From NCBI RefSeq assembly GCF_006345805.1, contig NC_043001.1, positions 37,572,001 through 37,636,000 on the forward strand: DNA of 64,000 bases. Reading direction: 5' to 3'. The DNA is from Octopus sinensis (taxonomy: Eukaryota). The notes below the pieces were generated by a model. It was given only the letters and a program-made list of their open reading frames with translations, made no database searches and was not told the origin of the DNA. Below, piece by piece: positions 15,035 to 27,617 of this stretch. Both the position numbers and the translations under genes were made by a program. Each line of letters opens with the position of its first letter. Position 1 is the stretch's first letter.

Positions 15035-18000
15035 CATCATCATCATCTTCCAAGTGAACTAAACTAAATCCAATTTTCAACTATTTTAATAAGTAAATAA
15101 AAATTTAAAATAAGGTAGTTATATTTTACTTCAAAGTTAATACAGAAGAACCCTAATTAGATTACTTTTCTTTAAAAGTCACTATCAACTAGTGAGCTGA
15201 TAGGGAATAAATCATGATATATTTGTATTTGTTGATTAGATGAATACCAAAGGTGAAACACTGTACTTAAAGCTAGATATTTTAAGTGTGAGTGTTCCCA
15301 GAGAGATAGTATAGATCTAGATTCATTAAATTCACTTGAGTAATATATCACTTTAATCAAAGGGTTGAATAAGATTGTGATCTTAAAGTTTATCCCCACA
15401 AATGTAGATGATCTTCCAGCCACACTATTCAGATATGGTAAAATATCCTGTATTCCTGAACACCAGTTAGCCTTCATGACAATGAATAAATATCTTGAAA
15501 ATGGGGGATATTTAAAGATATAGTTTTCTGTTTGAATTCCCTGTGATATTCAAAATGTCAGCATATTGCTCAAATTTCAAAGTTTTATCAAATTGTGCGC
15601 CCTGTATATATATATGTTGATATATGTTATTCTAACTCACAAAAATATTACATTCAATTTCATAAATAACAACTTGGAAATATAAAACAATTATTATACT
15701 TAGTTGTATGCAAATAGCTAAATTTCACATTACAGGGGATAAAGCACTAAAAACATAGAGCCATTGCAATTATATCTGTGCAAATTTTATAAATATTTCC
15801 TTTATAATTTGTTTAAGGCATATAAAATCAACAACATAGCAGACGTTATTGGCAGTTATAATGTTCTATTGCAGGCTAACTGGTCTCCATTACAAAAATA
15901 TATCTGAAAATACTTTTATATGGTTCCTCATGGCGATATTTCTAGTTTTTATACAAAAAAGATATCAATGTGGAGAAAATAAGTACTCCAACAATTTGTT
16001 AAATAATTTGTTTGTTTTATTTTTTATCCTTTGCTTTTCAGTATGACTTTCACTTACACGATCCAATTTAGTTTCAATCTAAAGGACCCTGTTTGGTTTA
16101 AACATGAGGAGCTAGTATAGTAAGGTACTTGTATATTATTTGAGTTCTACATCACAGATATCATTCAGACAAAATGAAATTTCAGTTGTAAACTGGAATG
16201 AAACTTTTTTTTTGTGGGCTGGGGAGATATAATGACTCACTACAAATTAAGTTATACTAATCTTTCAAGAAAGAAACTGGATATATCTTATATCACATAT
16301 TATTTGAACCACTCTGACAAGAGGCCCTTGATATCTCTTTTCAAATCTTCATATGTAACCCACAATCCATCTTAGTGATATAATTGTTTTCTCAAAACAT
16401 ACATAAGTTCCTCTAAGTAGTAATTTCATATTTATTTAGTAGTGAAATGCCATCTTACCAATTCTAGAAGATAATCAGTCATTCCCTAGAAGTAATAAAT
16501 TAACTTAGAAAATATCAAATCATGATAAACAAATAAATAAGCTAATTGTTGGCTAATCAATATTCTAGAGTGTGGGAGTCTGAATGAATGTTAAATATAT
16601 ATGAATAAGTTGAACTGAAAAAAATGGAGTTTTATCATATCTACAGAACAATGTCATTCTCAACAGAAAATACAAAAAAAAGAGAAACAAACCATAAAAT
16701 GGATAAACAGTGGTATAAATATAAAAAATTAAACCAGAAGAGTACCAATAAGGAATTAAAAAGTTTGTATTGGTAGCAATACCACTGAATTTAATCATCT
16801 TAAATAGTGATGAGTTGTCAATAGGTAAATAAAGTGTCTTCCAACATTAGGAAAACATATTTTTGCTGGGGGTGGGTGAGTTCTGTACAAAAATATTATT
16901 TTTAGTCATTTTATTTTCCTTTCAATAATACCAAATTTCTTTACATACGGATTTCAGATTTAGTTTTGAATGAACATGAAAATATTGAGAGAAAGAAAGG
17001 ATATTGCTTCATTTAATTTTCAGACATTTCCTAGAGTCTACAAAAGTAGAGTAAAGAGGTTAGAGTTTGATTTTAGTGGGCGAAAGGGCATTTTCATGGC
17101 AGTGTTGTTTAGAAGATAGACAAGGTTAATGGAAAAAAAAATTCAGGGATATTCACAATTAGATAATTGATTTTTATGTCCTTAAATCATATTGGAAAAA
17201 AAAAAAAACAAATTATGAATTTCTTAAACAAAATAATTTGATATTTAACTAGTGTATAAGTCTATATGATTACCAATTATTTTTGGTCAAGTCGAAAGTT
17301 TAAGTCATATATGTCGTTTGATCATAGAAGTAAAAACAATTTTGGATGTCTCAGTTTGCTTGTACAGTATTTTATAAGTAGCAAATAATTTGCACATAGA
17401 ATGATTGCTTTCTCTGAGAAAATGCCCTATATTTCAAAGAATAAATTTAGCTGCTACAGCCTTATAGCAACAAGTTCATATCCTTTGAATGTATGTCTAA
17501 TAAGACATATAGTAATCAGCATGCATATTTCATTGCTGATTATAGAGATTGTCTGTATTGTGTAATACATTAGTATAAAAACTACATCAAACAGTAATTT
17601 GGATATAAACATTAAACAACAATAACATTAATGTTTTTATTATTGTTATATCTTCCAGGATATTCCTCTTCAGCCATATAATTCCAACTTAATTAACATT
17701 ATCTTCTTTAACATCTTTACAGAACTCTTTTTAACTGATTATTAGAATACATTTGTCATCATACTCCTGTTGCACTTTTCATGATTGGTGGCTATTTAGT
17801 GAGACAAATGATATTCAAATTATCATAGGATGGAATTTTTTATTGAATACTTTAACAACCAGAACAGTTACACAATGTCTTAATGACATTTTGCAAAATT
17901 GCTGAAAGGCATAAATTCCTGCAATTGTGTTTATCTTAGTTTAATAAGAAAGGATTTGATACTCTTTCTGGCATTCAGTATTTTAGCAAAACTAATTATT

Positions 18001-21000
18001 TCTACTAAGTTGATTGCAAAAAATAAAGCAAAGTGGTTTTGCCTATTACAAAAGACAGAAATATGCAACAAGTTCTAATTTGGTTCTGAGGTTGATAACC
18101 TATATTCAATTAAATTATATTCTTTCGAGAAAAAAAATTATTTTGGATGTCTCAGTTTGCTTGTACAATTTGCTTGTACAGTATTATTGATTATGTTTAG
18201 GTAATTCGAATAAATTTCAGAAACTGGGTAATTAACCATCTACAGTTGACCAGATACAAAGTTACAAAATTCTTAAAACTCATCATTAAAATGAAAGGTG
18301 GTGAAATGAACCAATGGTTGTGCTCTTAATTTGAAATGAAAATAAGGATGAATATCAAATCATTGCTAGTTTTTAGTCAGAAACTGTAAAAGCATGATAT
18401 ACAGATGAAATGTACAGACTGTTAGGACCTGTAAAATATGTAATGTAGTCCAAACCATTAATATTAGAGAGAATGTCTGATCAAACTACATGGATGTTTA
18501 TTGATTTTAAAGTCACATGCAGCATGATGACTAATAAATGAGCTTACAGATTGGAATTATTTTTGTTTAATTTGATTGTGAGTATGCTTATTGTTTGATT
18601 TTGTTTACATTTAGGAACTGTTAGCTGGAAAATCTAAGTATGATGCTAATATTGATAGCATAACCATACCCCAACAGAAATTTGAAGAAATTTTTAAAAA
18701 TTTGAAATAAGCTCCAAAGTGTTTATAATAACACTTACAAAAATTATAGGTCTTTTTTCAAGTGCAACTTGACACCTGTAATATATAATTGATAGGATTG
18801 TTTTGAATACAAAATGTGTGTTACAAAATCTGAAGCTAATACAGAAGTCAGGTATTTGGAGATGAAGAGTAATTATTAAAGGTCATTTGTAGAAAATCTC
18901 AGCACATTAGCTGAACTATTAAATGCATTTTGTCAAAGATCTCCAGTAGTATTTGGACGGATAAACATGTAAAAGTATTGTGAAAATTAGAAAGAAGAAT
19001 AATAATTGAATAACAGAGCAATGTATTGAAATTTAGAAAATACTGGTTAGAGTATCATTAATTCTTTAATGGTACTTTACTGCAGGAATTGAGAAAATGT
19101 TATTAGAAAATTAATTAGCACATGCATTGAAGATTAATATGGTCAGAAAACAGAATTAACTTGGCAATAATGTTAGGCATTTTAAGGTTTAAGTCCTTTT
19201 ACGGCCTTATTTTAGAATAATTGTCTCTGCTTCAATGAAAGAGTGCCTAAAGACAGGACTTTGAGTTTATCAAAATGGGTTGGTTATTTGCTTAATCTTA
19301 TAAAATTTTCAGAAATGATTGAAAAAATGTGGAAATAACGATGTTATTTTCAAAGTTACCAACCAGCACCAAAGTGATTTTCAAGAATAAACCAACAATG
19401 AGTTATCACAGGAAAGGTTTTTAATGAGTCAGTAGAACTGCTTTCTTGGACTAGATGAAACACAAAGACCTATAAGCAAAATACAAACTAATGAGTGACT
19501 AAATGAAATGAATACCATATCATTTTTAATAGATGATGGTATAAACAGCAATTAAACTGTTATGGTAGATGGATTTCACCAGAATATTTCTTTACGAAAT
19601 TTTGTCAACAAACTTGGGTTTAGCAAGAACATGAAACAAAGACATGGAGAATGTATGAAAACTAGCTTATGGCTGAGATTGATTATACTAAACTTTCAAA
19701 CATTAAAGATTAAATGTTGGATTAAGTTCCATTTAATAGAAGCTTCTCCGAATTATCCTACTACATATGTCATTTGTTAAATACGTAATGTAAATATTTG
19801 CTAACTACATGTATCAAAGGAATTCGAGAACCAGTAATATTCTGCTAATGCTAATCTGTACAGCTTTAAAACAAGTAGCTATTATTTAACCATTACTATA
19901 ACTAAATCTTGATCTTAAAATTAGAAAAAATTGTAAATTATAAATCATACCAACTGGTTATTAATTTGATTAATTTATTTATAGACATAATATGGCATGT
20001 CACTGAGTTAAAACCTAAACAACCTCATGCCATTATGAAGAATTGATATATTAATGATCTCTTAAATAATCCTAAATTTTGAAGTTCATATTATTATCAT
20101 CAGTATTATGTCTGTTATTCCTTGCCTTCTACACATCTTGTTCCATACTAAATATATTTTATACTGATTGCAGTGATGTCTTAATGTATTTTTATTTGTT
20201 GATGGTGAGGTTATTAAGAGAAGAACAAGAAGATTTAACATTCAAGCCTTTTCCAACAACACAAGTGAAGACATGCTTATTGAAAACCAAAAGCAAGTTG
20301 AGTTTCCACATACTACTAAATCTTATGGTTATGTCAAGTTAAATTATGAATAAGATGATGCTCCCATAAACAGAGATATTGAAAACCCTCTCCAATGGGC
20401 ACATTACAAACTAAACTTATTCAACAGCACCGAGGTATGTTCATTCATGTAACACTACAGATATGTTAATTAAGTGAGTCTAAACTTGAAAAACTTCAGT
20501 TCTGCACAGTTGCTGATACTGTACAAAATAGAAGTGCAACTCACATTATAATATCACATATCTGATATAGTATGGCTATTATACAAACTTTTACATCCAA
20601 ATAAAGGCCAACTGACTGATTAGTAAACCTGCAATCACCAGTACACTACAACCAATAGCATACTTAAATGATGTGTTCTCTATCTTTTCTATTATATCTA
20701 TAGTGCCAGATTCCCTAGATAAGATAGCTACATAGTAGCTCTGTTGAAGCCTAACTGATGCACTACCCTATCTCCTTCTCCTCTCATGTCCTCACCATGA
20801 CTCCCAAACCATATATTAAACACTAGAATCAATCCTTCCCCTCCAGAAATGCAACCTTTTAGTCTGAATTTTTTTTACAGACATTCAGTTGGAATTTTTT
20901 CTACAGACGTTCAAGTTAAATATCACCTTATTGACTTCAACAGTCTGAGAAGGTTTTCAAAAGCTATGGTTTCTGTTCATCTTCCTTGCACTATGTTATT

Positions 21001-22594
21001 TAAAAATTCATATTTCATTATTGAACATGTAATTTACTTATAAATATATTTAGGAAGATTTCTTTGATATAACTGAAGAAATTTAATAAACCTCACACCA
21101 GAGAATTTAGCTACTCAAAAACTGTCTTATTAAAACGTACAGTTTTTGAAAGAAGGAAGTGTAAATTGGGAAATGTTTGGAGAAACTTTTAGAGGAAAAA
21201 ATGGCTGAAGAAGGAAACTGATTCAATTCTATTAATATTACAGTGAGATATTTAGTTTGTGCAATAAGTCTGCTATCTTTGATCTTTTCATACTATATAT
21301 AAGCACACTTATATACAGGTGGTAGTGTATATTATATGTGCATGCAAAGTTAATATAATATGCACTCTGTTATATGTATTGTAGAAGTTGTGTCAGCAGC
21401 ATGATACATAGGAATACATGAGTGATGTGTGAAGTTTGTATGAGTGGTATGTATATGTATCTGTAGGAGAGGGGAATTTTTACACTTGTTACTCATGTAT
21501 GTTTGCATGTATGTATATTGTGTAAGCATGGTATAGCATATGGTGTTTATTGCATTTTGATATAGTACATGTGGAGTATATTTATGATATGATATTTTTG
21601 TGGTGTTTTTAAGAGTATTTGTATATACATGTGCATATTTGAGATAAACCTGTTGCTATGTGTATGTGAAGTGTAACATATGTTGCATCTTAAAATGACG
21701 TATGCTATGCATTTGAGTTGTAGTATATGTAATATGAAGTTAATATGTATGTTGTGAAACATTGAGACACACATTGTAATATATGGTGCATCATAATATC
21801 CTATGTATGTATGTAAATTGTTATATAAAGTTGATTAATTGTGATGGTACATCATGTGATGAATATTATGGTAGCATGTGATGATGTATCATAGCAAATA
21901 TTACAACTATGATGTATATTAGGATATATGCAGGAGTTGTGAATTATTATATATGTGTTAGGACTGCATGTTATGATTTGTTTTGATATGCTTTTGTGAT
22001 GCATCTTACAATACATATTGTAATGTATGTTATGAAAATAGGTGATGGTGGGTTGTAGCAAACATCACAACTAAGATACATATTGGGACATATGTTGTGT
22101 ATTGTAGAACTTGTGTTAATCCATGTATGGTATGATGTGCCTTGATATGTATGTTATGGTGCATCTTACAATACATAATATAATGTATTCTGTGATGTTA
22201 CTGATTTAAAATCTTGATAGTAATCAGTAAATTCCACCTTACTCTATATGCATACACAGACACCAGCGTCTACATACACACATATATGCACAAAACTAGA
22301 GAACTGTCAATAGGAAATGAAGAGGCTTGATGACAACATGAAGAAAGCACCATATATACAGAGAGAGTTATTCGAATAAGTACAGAAAGGACTGTAAATG
22401 CATATACAGGTGGCAATAGTAAGTACAAGGAGCGTCATGAATAGCTAAAGAAAGTAAGTACCATTCATTGAGTATTTATAAGTATAGAGAATAGAGTGCA
22501 CTATAATGACAATATGTTAAATATAAGTAGATTTACATGTAGAGAGTAATATGCTGCACAGTTAGCATATACATACATAATACACATACACACC

Positions 22595-23612
22595 ACAGTT
22601 CTAGGACAGCACTCTACACCATATGAGATGTCATCGGGTGTACCACAGGGATCTGTCCTTGGTCCCCTCCTGTTTGTGGCATACATTAATGACATAGATG
22701 CCAATTTAAAGAATGCCACAGTATTGAAATATGCAGACGACATCAAGCTGTACCTTGAAATCAAGAGGACTGATCCTGATGTCTACAACTCTTTCCTGCA
22801 ATCAGACCTAGACACAATGCAGCAATGGATCACAGACTGGCAACTGAAACTGGCTGTAGACAAGTGTACCACCATGCATTTTGGGAGAAAAAACCCTGCG
22901 TCCACATACTCCCTCCACAACACTGATATCAAGAAATCCTCTTGCGAGCATGACCTAGGCATCACTGTCAGCAGTGATTTGCGTTGGACAAAGCATATCT
23001 CTAAAATTGTCAAGAAGGCCGAGGGTGTCTTGGCATCACTCAGCAAGACTTTTGTTAGCCGCTCTCCAGCCATCTATTTAAAACTGTATACAGCTATGGT
23101 ACGACCACACTTGGAATTCGCATCATCAGTTTGGAATCCCTATCTTGCTCAGAACATTGACCTCCTGGAATCTGTCCAGAGACGTGCAACCAAACGCATA
23201 CCCTCCATCAGACACCTACCATATTCTGAGCGCCTTGTTTCCCTGGGCATGGATTCACTGAAGCTCCGGCGTCTGGCGACGGACTTGGTAAACACCCACA
23301 AGGTTATCAACCACCTCACCAACAACAACACTGAACACCTTTTTGATCTCCATGTGTCTAACACACGTGGACATGACTACAAAGTCAGAAAACAGCACAG
23401 CTCCCATGACTTTCGGAAACATTTTTTCACGCTCAGGGTTGCTGAAGCGTGGAATAAACTGCCTGCATCAGTTGTTGACTGCCATGACACTGCATCCTTT
23501 AAGGCCCTCATGCTTCCCGAAATCCGTCGAAACTACACCTGATTATATATACACTTTAGATGAGTTGTAGTGCACCTGAGCACTGTACACAATTATTATT
23601 ATTATTATTATT
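22595..23612 (+). mobile_element. 5'-truncated CR1-group LINE with uninterrupted RT C-terminal ORF (22628-23542)
   Basis: SGVPQGSVLGPLLFVAYIND, KYADDIKLY, DLGITVSSDLRW, LYTAMVRPHLEF..VWNP, LESVQRRATK, RKHFFTLRVAEAWNKLP; short 3' UTR followed by an (ATT)n tail. Confidence 0.92.
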
Positions 23613-23673
23613 ATATGTACATACATATCTATCTATATACATATATGCACATATACATCTATCTATCTATCTG

Positions 23674-23719
<46 letters not shown>

Positions 23720-23851
23720 CATATATATATACATATATATATATATTTAAAAAAAGGAGATGTCGAACACGAGTGGTGATATATAAAAAAGAAATGAAGA
23801 AAATGCTGACAAATAATGAAGTAATTTAAGTAATTTAATTAGGTGAAAGTT

Positions 23852-23895
23852 CTTTTTACCGGTTGCGCATTTGTTATGCTTATCAAATATAAAAG
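23852..23895 (-). ncRNA. degenerate minimal hammerhead ribozyme motif
   Basis: Minus strand: cttttata-TTGATAA-gcat aacaa atgc-GCAAC-cg-GTA-aaaag. Both core boxes carry substitutions but spacing and stem II are preserved. Confidence 0.45.
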
Positions 23896-23949
23896 AGAGA
23901 TTAGAGTTCCTTTCTTATAGAATTTTTCCTCTTATATATATATATATAC

Positions 23950-24015
<66 letters not shown>

Positions 24016-24027
24016 TATATACATATA

Positions 24028-24411
24028 TGGAAAAAAAAGTCAGGCAGAAAATGCTAGGATAATTTTATAAAAAACATTTCAGTACCGGTTTCAGTCATTG
24101 AGACTTCTTCAGCTGTATGGGAAACAATAAAATTTAGGAAAAAATTAAAAGAAAAGTTTTTTAAAAGAATACTTTTAAAAGAATACTATGAACCCACAAA
24201 AATAAACAAGAGAGACAGAGACAGGCAGAAAATGCCCCTTGTATTTGAATACTATACAAATATTTAAAAAAAAAACTTTTCTTTTAATTTTTCCAAAATT
24301 TAATTGTTTTCCATACTGACAGTTGAAAAAGTCTCAATGACTGAAACCGGTACTGAAATGTTTTTTATAAAATTATTTTAGCATTTTCTACCTTGACATT
24401 TTTTTTTTCCA
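24028..24411. mobile_element. (TA)n-flanked palindromic mini-element with hammerhead motifs in both arms
   Basis: Inverted arms of about 140 bp (24028-~24165 / ~24261-24411), imperfect, between TA-rich microsatellites. Confidence 0.8.
24080..24115 (-). ncRNA. minimal type-I hammerhead ribozyme, intact core
   Basis: Minus strand: cag-CTGAAGA-agtc tcaat gact-GAAAC-cg-GTA-ctg. The mirror copy on + at 24320-24355 has the core mutated to TTGAAAA. Confidence 0.75.
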
Positions 24412-24533
24412 TATATATCAACTCGTGTGTTCCTTTTCAACCTTCTACATACACACACACACACACATATATATACATACATATATATCTATACATATAT
24501 ACACTTCTTTTATATATCTATCTATATCTATAT

Positions 24534-24586
<53 letters not shown>

Positions 24587-24946
24587 TATATATACATACA
24601 TACATATATATATACACACACACATACATAGGTATATTTTGAATCTAAATATCATACCTGGTGCATATATGAAATATTAAATATTTTTATAGTTAATAAT
24701 CTTTAAATGAGAACATCAAGATGTTATCCACTTACACATGCCTTACAATTATTAGTATTACTAATTTTTCAGTTTAATATCTACCACCATTAATTTACTA
24801 AAACTTGAAACTCCATTAATTAGATACTTAATAGAACCTGAATTTATATCTAGAACTTCAATATCATTAAACCTTATTTACTTAGTAATGCATAAATAAC
24901 ATCCCCTTACCTATAATTTTTTTAATATCTGTTATCTTTATATATA

Positions 24947-24990
<44 letters not shown>

Positions 24991-24995
<5 letters not shown>

Positions 24996-25245
24996 AGAAG
25001 AAATGAGGTACTCAGAAATTCGGATGGTTTTATATTTACAGATATTTATTTGTATATTACATGTTCGATTTGAAAACCCCACTAGAATGGGAGAAAGCGC
25101 TAATATATGATATATGATATAAGATATAATATGTATAAATACGTGTAATATACAAATAAATATCTGTAAATATAAAACCATCCAAATTTCTGAGTACCTC
25201 ATTTCTTCTAATATAAAATACCTGTACATCATCTCCAAACCTTCT
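24991..25245. mobile_element. (TA)n-flanked palindromic mini-element (same family as 49943-50080)
   Basis: Arms ttagaagaaatgaggtactcagaaattcggatggttttatatttacagatatttatttgtatattaca and its reverse complement at ~25144-25212. The spacer holds a degenerate hammerhead TTGAAAA-cccca..tggga-GAAAG-cg-CTA (25070-25102). Confidence 0.75.
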
Positions 25246-25641
25246 AATATATATATATAAATTTATTTTTTATTTTATTTTTTGCTTATGTGTGTATGTG
25301 CACATGTTTATATGTATGCATACATATTTGTGCATGTGTATGCATATGTATGCTCAATAAAATATGTATGAGTAACTATGTATTTGATGTTCATGTCCCC
25401 ATGTCCTAATGCACTAATCTAAAATATGCATTTATATATCCTAAATGAATACCAGTCTATAATTAAGTTTTACTAGATATGCATTATAATTGTTATTTTC
25501 AAGCTTTTGAGTCTTACATGCGTTATATTCGCCTCTTCAAATGCTTTCACTCCACTGCACACTTTTGTACGCCATCCAACTCGATCCAAAGCAAGAGTTT
25601 CTGTCTTTTGGATCCATTCCAAGTGACTTCATAGTAGTCCT

Positions 25642-25880
25642 TATACATACATACATACAAATATATATATATACATATACATACACACATATATACACAC
25701 ACACGTATATATATACATATACATATATATATATACATACATATATATATATACATATACATATATATATATATACATATAATATATACATACATATATA
25801 TATATATAATATATATATATATATATACATATATACACACATACATATACATACATATATATATACACACATACATATAC

Positions 25881-25918
<38 letters not shown>

Positions 25919-25923
25919 ACATA

Positions 25924-25955
<32 letters not shown>

Positions 25956-26108
25956 CTATATACATATACATACATATATATACATATATATATACATATA
26001 CATATATATACATACATAATATATATACATACATATATATACATATATATATACATATATATATATACATATATATATACATATATATACATATACATAC
26101 AAATATAT
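25642..26108. repeat. long compound (TA)n/(TACA)n microsatellite
   Basis: About 470 bp of TA/CA repeats; one of many such tracts (e.g. 6570-6650, 7655-7766, 23615-23746, 30746-30830). Confidence 0.95.
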
Positions 26109-26109
26109 C

Positions 26110-26299
26110 TTAGATAAAGATAGTTATGGCTGGTCTATGGGGTTGCCCTGGATTTCACGTCTATAAAGTACTTAGCTTTATGGCATCTCTTCAGACCCTA
26201 ATGGCCACTAGGGTCTGACGAAATACTGTAAAGATAAGTGCTTTATGGATGTGAAACCTAAGATAACCCCATAGACCAGCCATAACTATCTTTATCTAA
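26110..26299. mobile_element. 190-bp hairpin made of two back-to-back degenerate hammerhead motifs, within TA microsatellite
   Basis: Perfect outer ~35-bp arms. + strand: gggt-CTGACGA-..ctgtaaag/ctttatgg..-GAAAC-ctaag-ATA-accc (26211-26269). - strand: gggt-CTGAAGA-..-GAAAT-ccagg-GCA-accc (26140-26198). Confidence 0.75.
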
Positions 26300-26368
26300 T
26301 TACTCTATTGCTCTATCACTTAGAGTGTACTTCTCTTTTGGATTTATGATTTACTGACAATATATATA

Positions 26369-26399
<31 letters not shown>

Positions 26400-26793
26400 G
26401 GCAAATCTTTCTATAATATATAATTTTTCTAAATGGTATAATTTAATTTTTCATTGTTGTGTTGATAAAAGGTGCTTTTTTTCCTTATATATATATTATA
26501 TTTTGTGAAATTTGATTTAGTATTTCTAAATTGAATTTTTCCCTGTAAGTTTGGAATAATATTCCCTCATATTATATATATATATATATATATAAAATCA
26601 AAAATAAGGGTGAAAAAATTTGATTTTAATTATACTGCAGTAAATTTTTTATGCAGTATTTGTTTCCGGGATTTTTGGCGCGCTATAGCGAGGGCATTCG
26701 AATCATAACTGGGAATATAATTGACTAAACCACACATGTGTTTGATGTTATGTTAAAATCTAGCGTGCGGTTTAGTAAATTATATTCAAGACA

Positions 26794-26873
26794 AATTCTA
26801 CTGATGAACTATGGATTATATTATGTAAGTAAAATTGCATAATTCATTAATAGCGAAACAATTGTCTAGAATT
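26794..26873 (+). ncRNA. type-I hammerhead ribozyme (Penelope-type) with extended stem II
   Basis: aattcta-CTGATGA-(a)ctat...attatgtaa/ttgcataat...atag(c)-GAAAC-aatt-GTC-tagaatt. 7-bp stem I, palindromic stem III ACAATTGT, predicted cleavage after C26866; the stem II closing pair is an A-C mismatch. Confidence 0.85.
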
Positions 26874-27160
26874 AATCTACATTTATGTTATTTTTCATTT
26901 GTCCTGCTCGTTTACGCTCATAGTTGTGCTAATTCTCCTTGGAAACAATTCTTGGTGGTTGAGACCATAGTGGATCTATTTTTAGTGCAAGAGTCAACCA
27001 CATAGTGGACACTCTCTTATATTTGTATATATATATATATATACAAAAAGCAATAAAGATTCAAGTCAATTTTAATGAATTTACTTGAATATGGTACCTA
27101 ACTTAGATGCACCAAAAAACTATACGGTTTTAACAATACAGTAATGTGGGGTGATTATAA

Positions 27161-27556
27161 GCGAGAAAGAAGCAACAAGAATGGATAAGTTTTTAGTACA
27201 ATCGTTTCATACAAAGACAGGCTTTATTAAAAGTTGCAAAAATTGCAGCATATAAACGTGTCCCGTACTCATCAGCTAAAATACATGTGAGTTCTCTAGA
27301 CATCTTAGTGGTTGAGGCTATACTCATGAAGTAATGTAGATAATTAAGTAACATAAACAAGTAACATAAAATTTTTTAAAAATCTGTGATAAGACTGTAC
27401 ATCATCTTTAAAGAACTTTAATGAACTTTGGAAATCTGTTTATGTTACTTAATTATCTACATTACTTCATGCAATTTTTGCAACTTTTAATAAAGCCTGT
27501 CTTTGTATGAAACGATTGTACTAAAAACTTATCCATTCTTGTTGCTTCTTTCTCGC
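27161..27556. mobile_element. palindromic mini-element with perfect 87-bp outer and 35-bp inner inverted repeats
   Basis: 27161-27247 is the reverse complement of 27470-27556; 27325-27359 is the reverse complement of 27437-27471; followed by (TA)n. Confidence 0.88.
27191..27281 (-). ncRNA. type-I hammerhead ribozyme, intact core
   Basis: Minus strand: ttttag-CTGATGA-gtac...gtat-GAAAC-gatt-GTA-ctaaaa. 6-bp stem I, GUA cleavage triplet at 27199-27197. Confidence 0.8.
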
Positions 27557-27594
<38 letters not shown>

Positions 27595-27617
27595 TCACAC
27601 ATACATGTATATAATTT

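Noticed and set aside
17330-19500. Faint gypsy-pol-like traces and a 27-bp direct repeat (ttttggatgtctcagtttgcttgtaca at ~17340 and ~18141)
   Set aside because: Too degraded to support a family call by eye.
21300-22200. Strand-biased TG/TA-rich low-complexity block with recurring gcatcttacaatacata
   Set aside because: Consistent with decayed simple repeat or satellite; no coherent unit or ORF.
25537-26113. Long ORFs rich in YI/YT/VC dipeptides (also at 7493, 13772, 23560, 24393, 28343, 28988, 42396)
   Set aside because: They are translations of (TA)n/(CA)n microsatellites, which lack stop codons; not genes.
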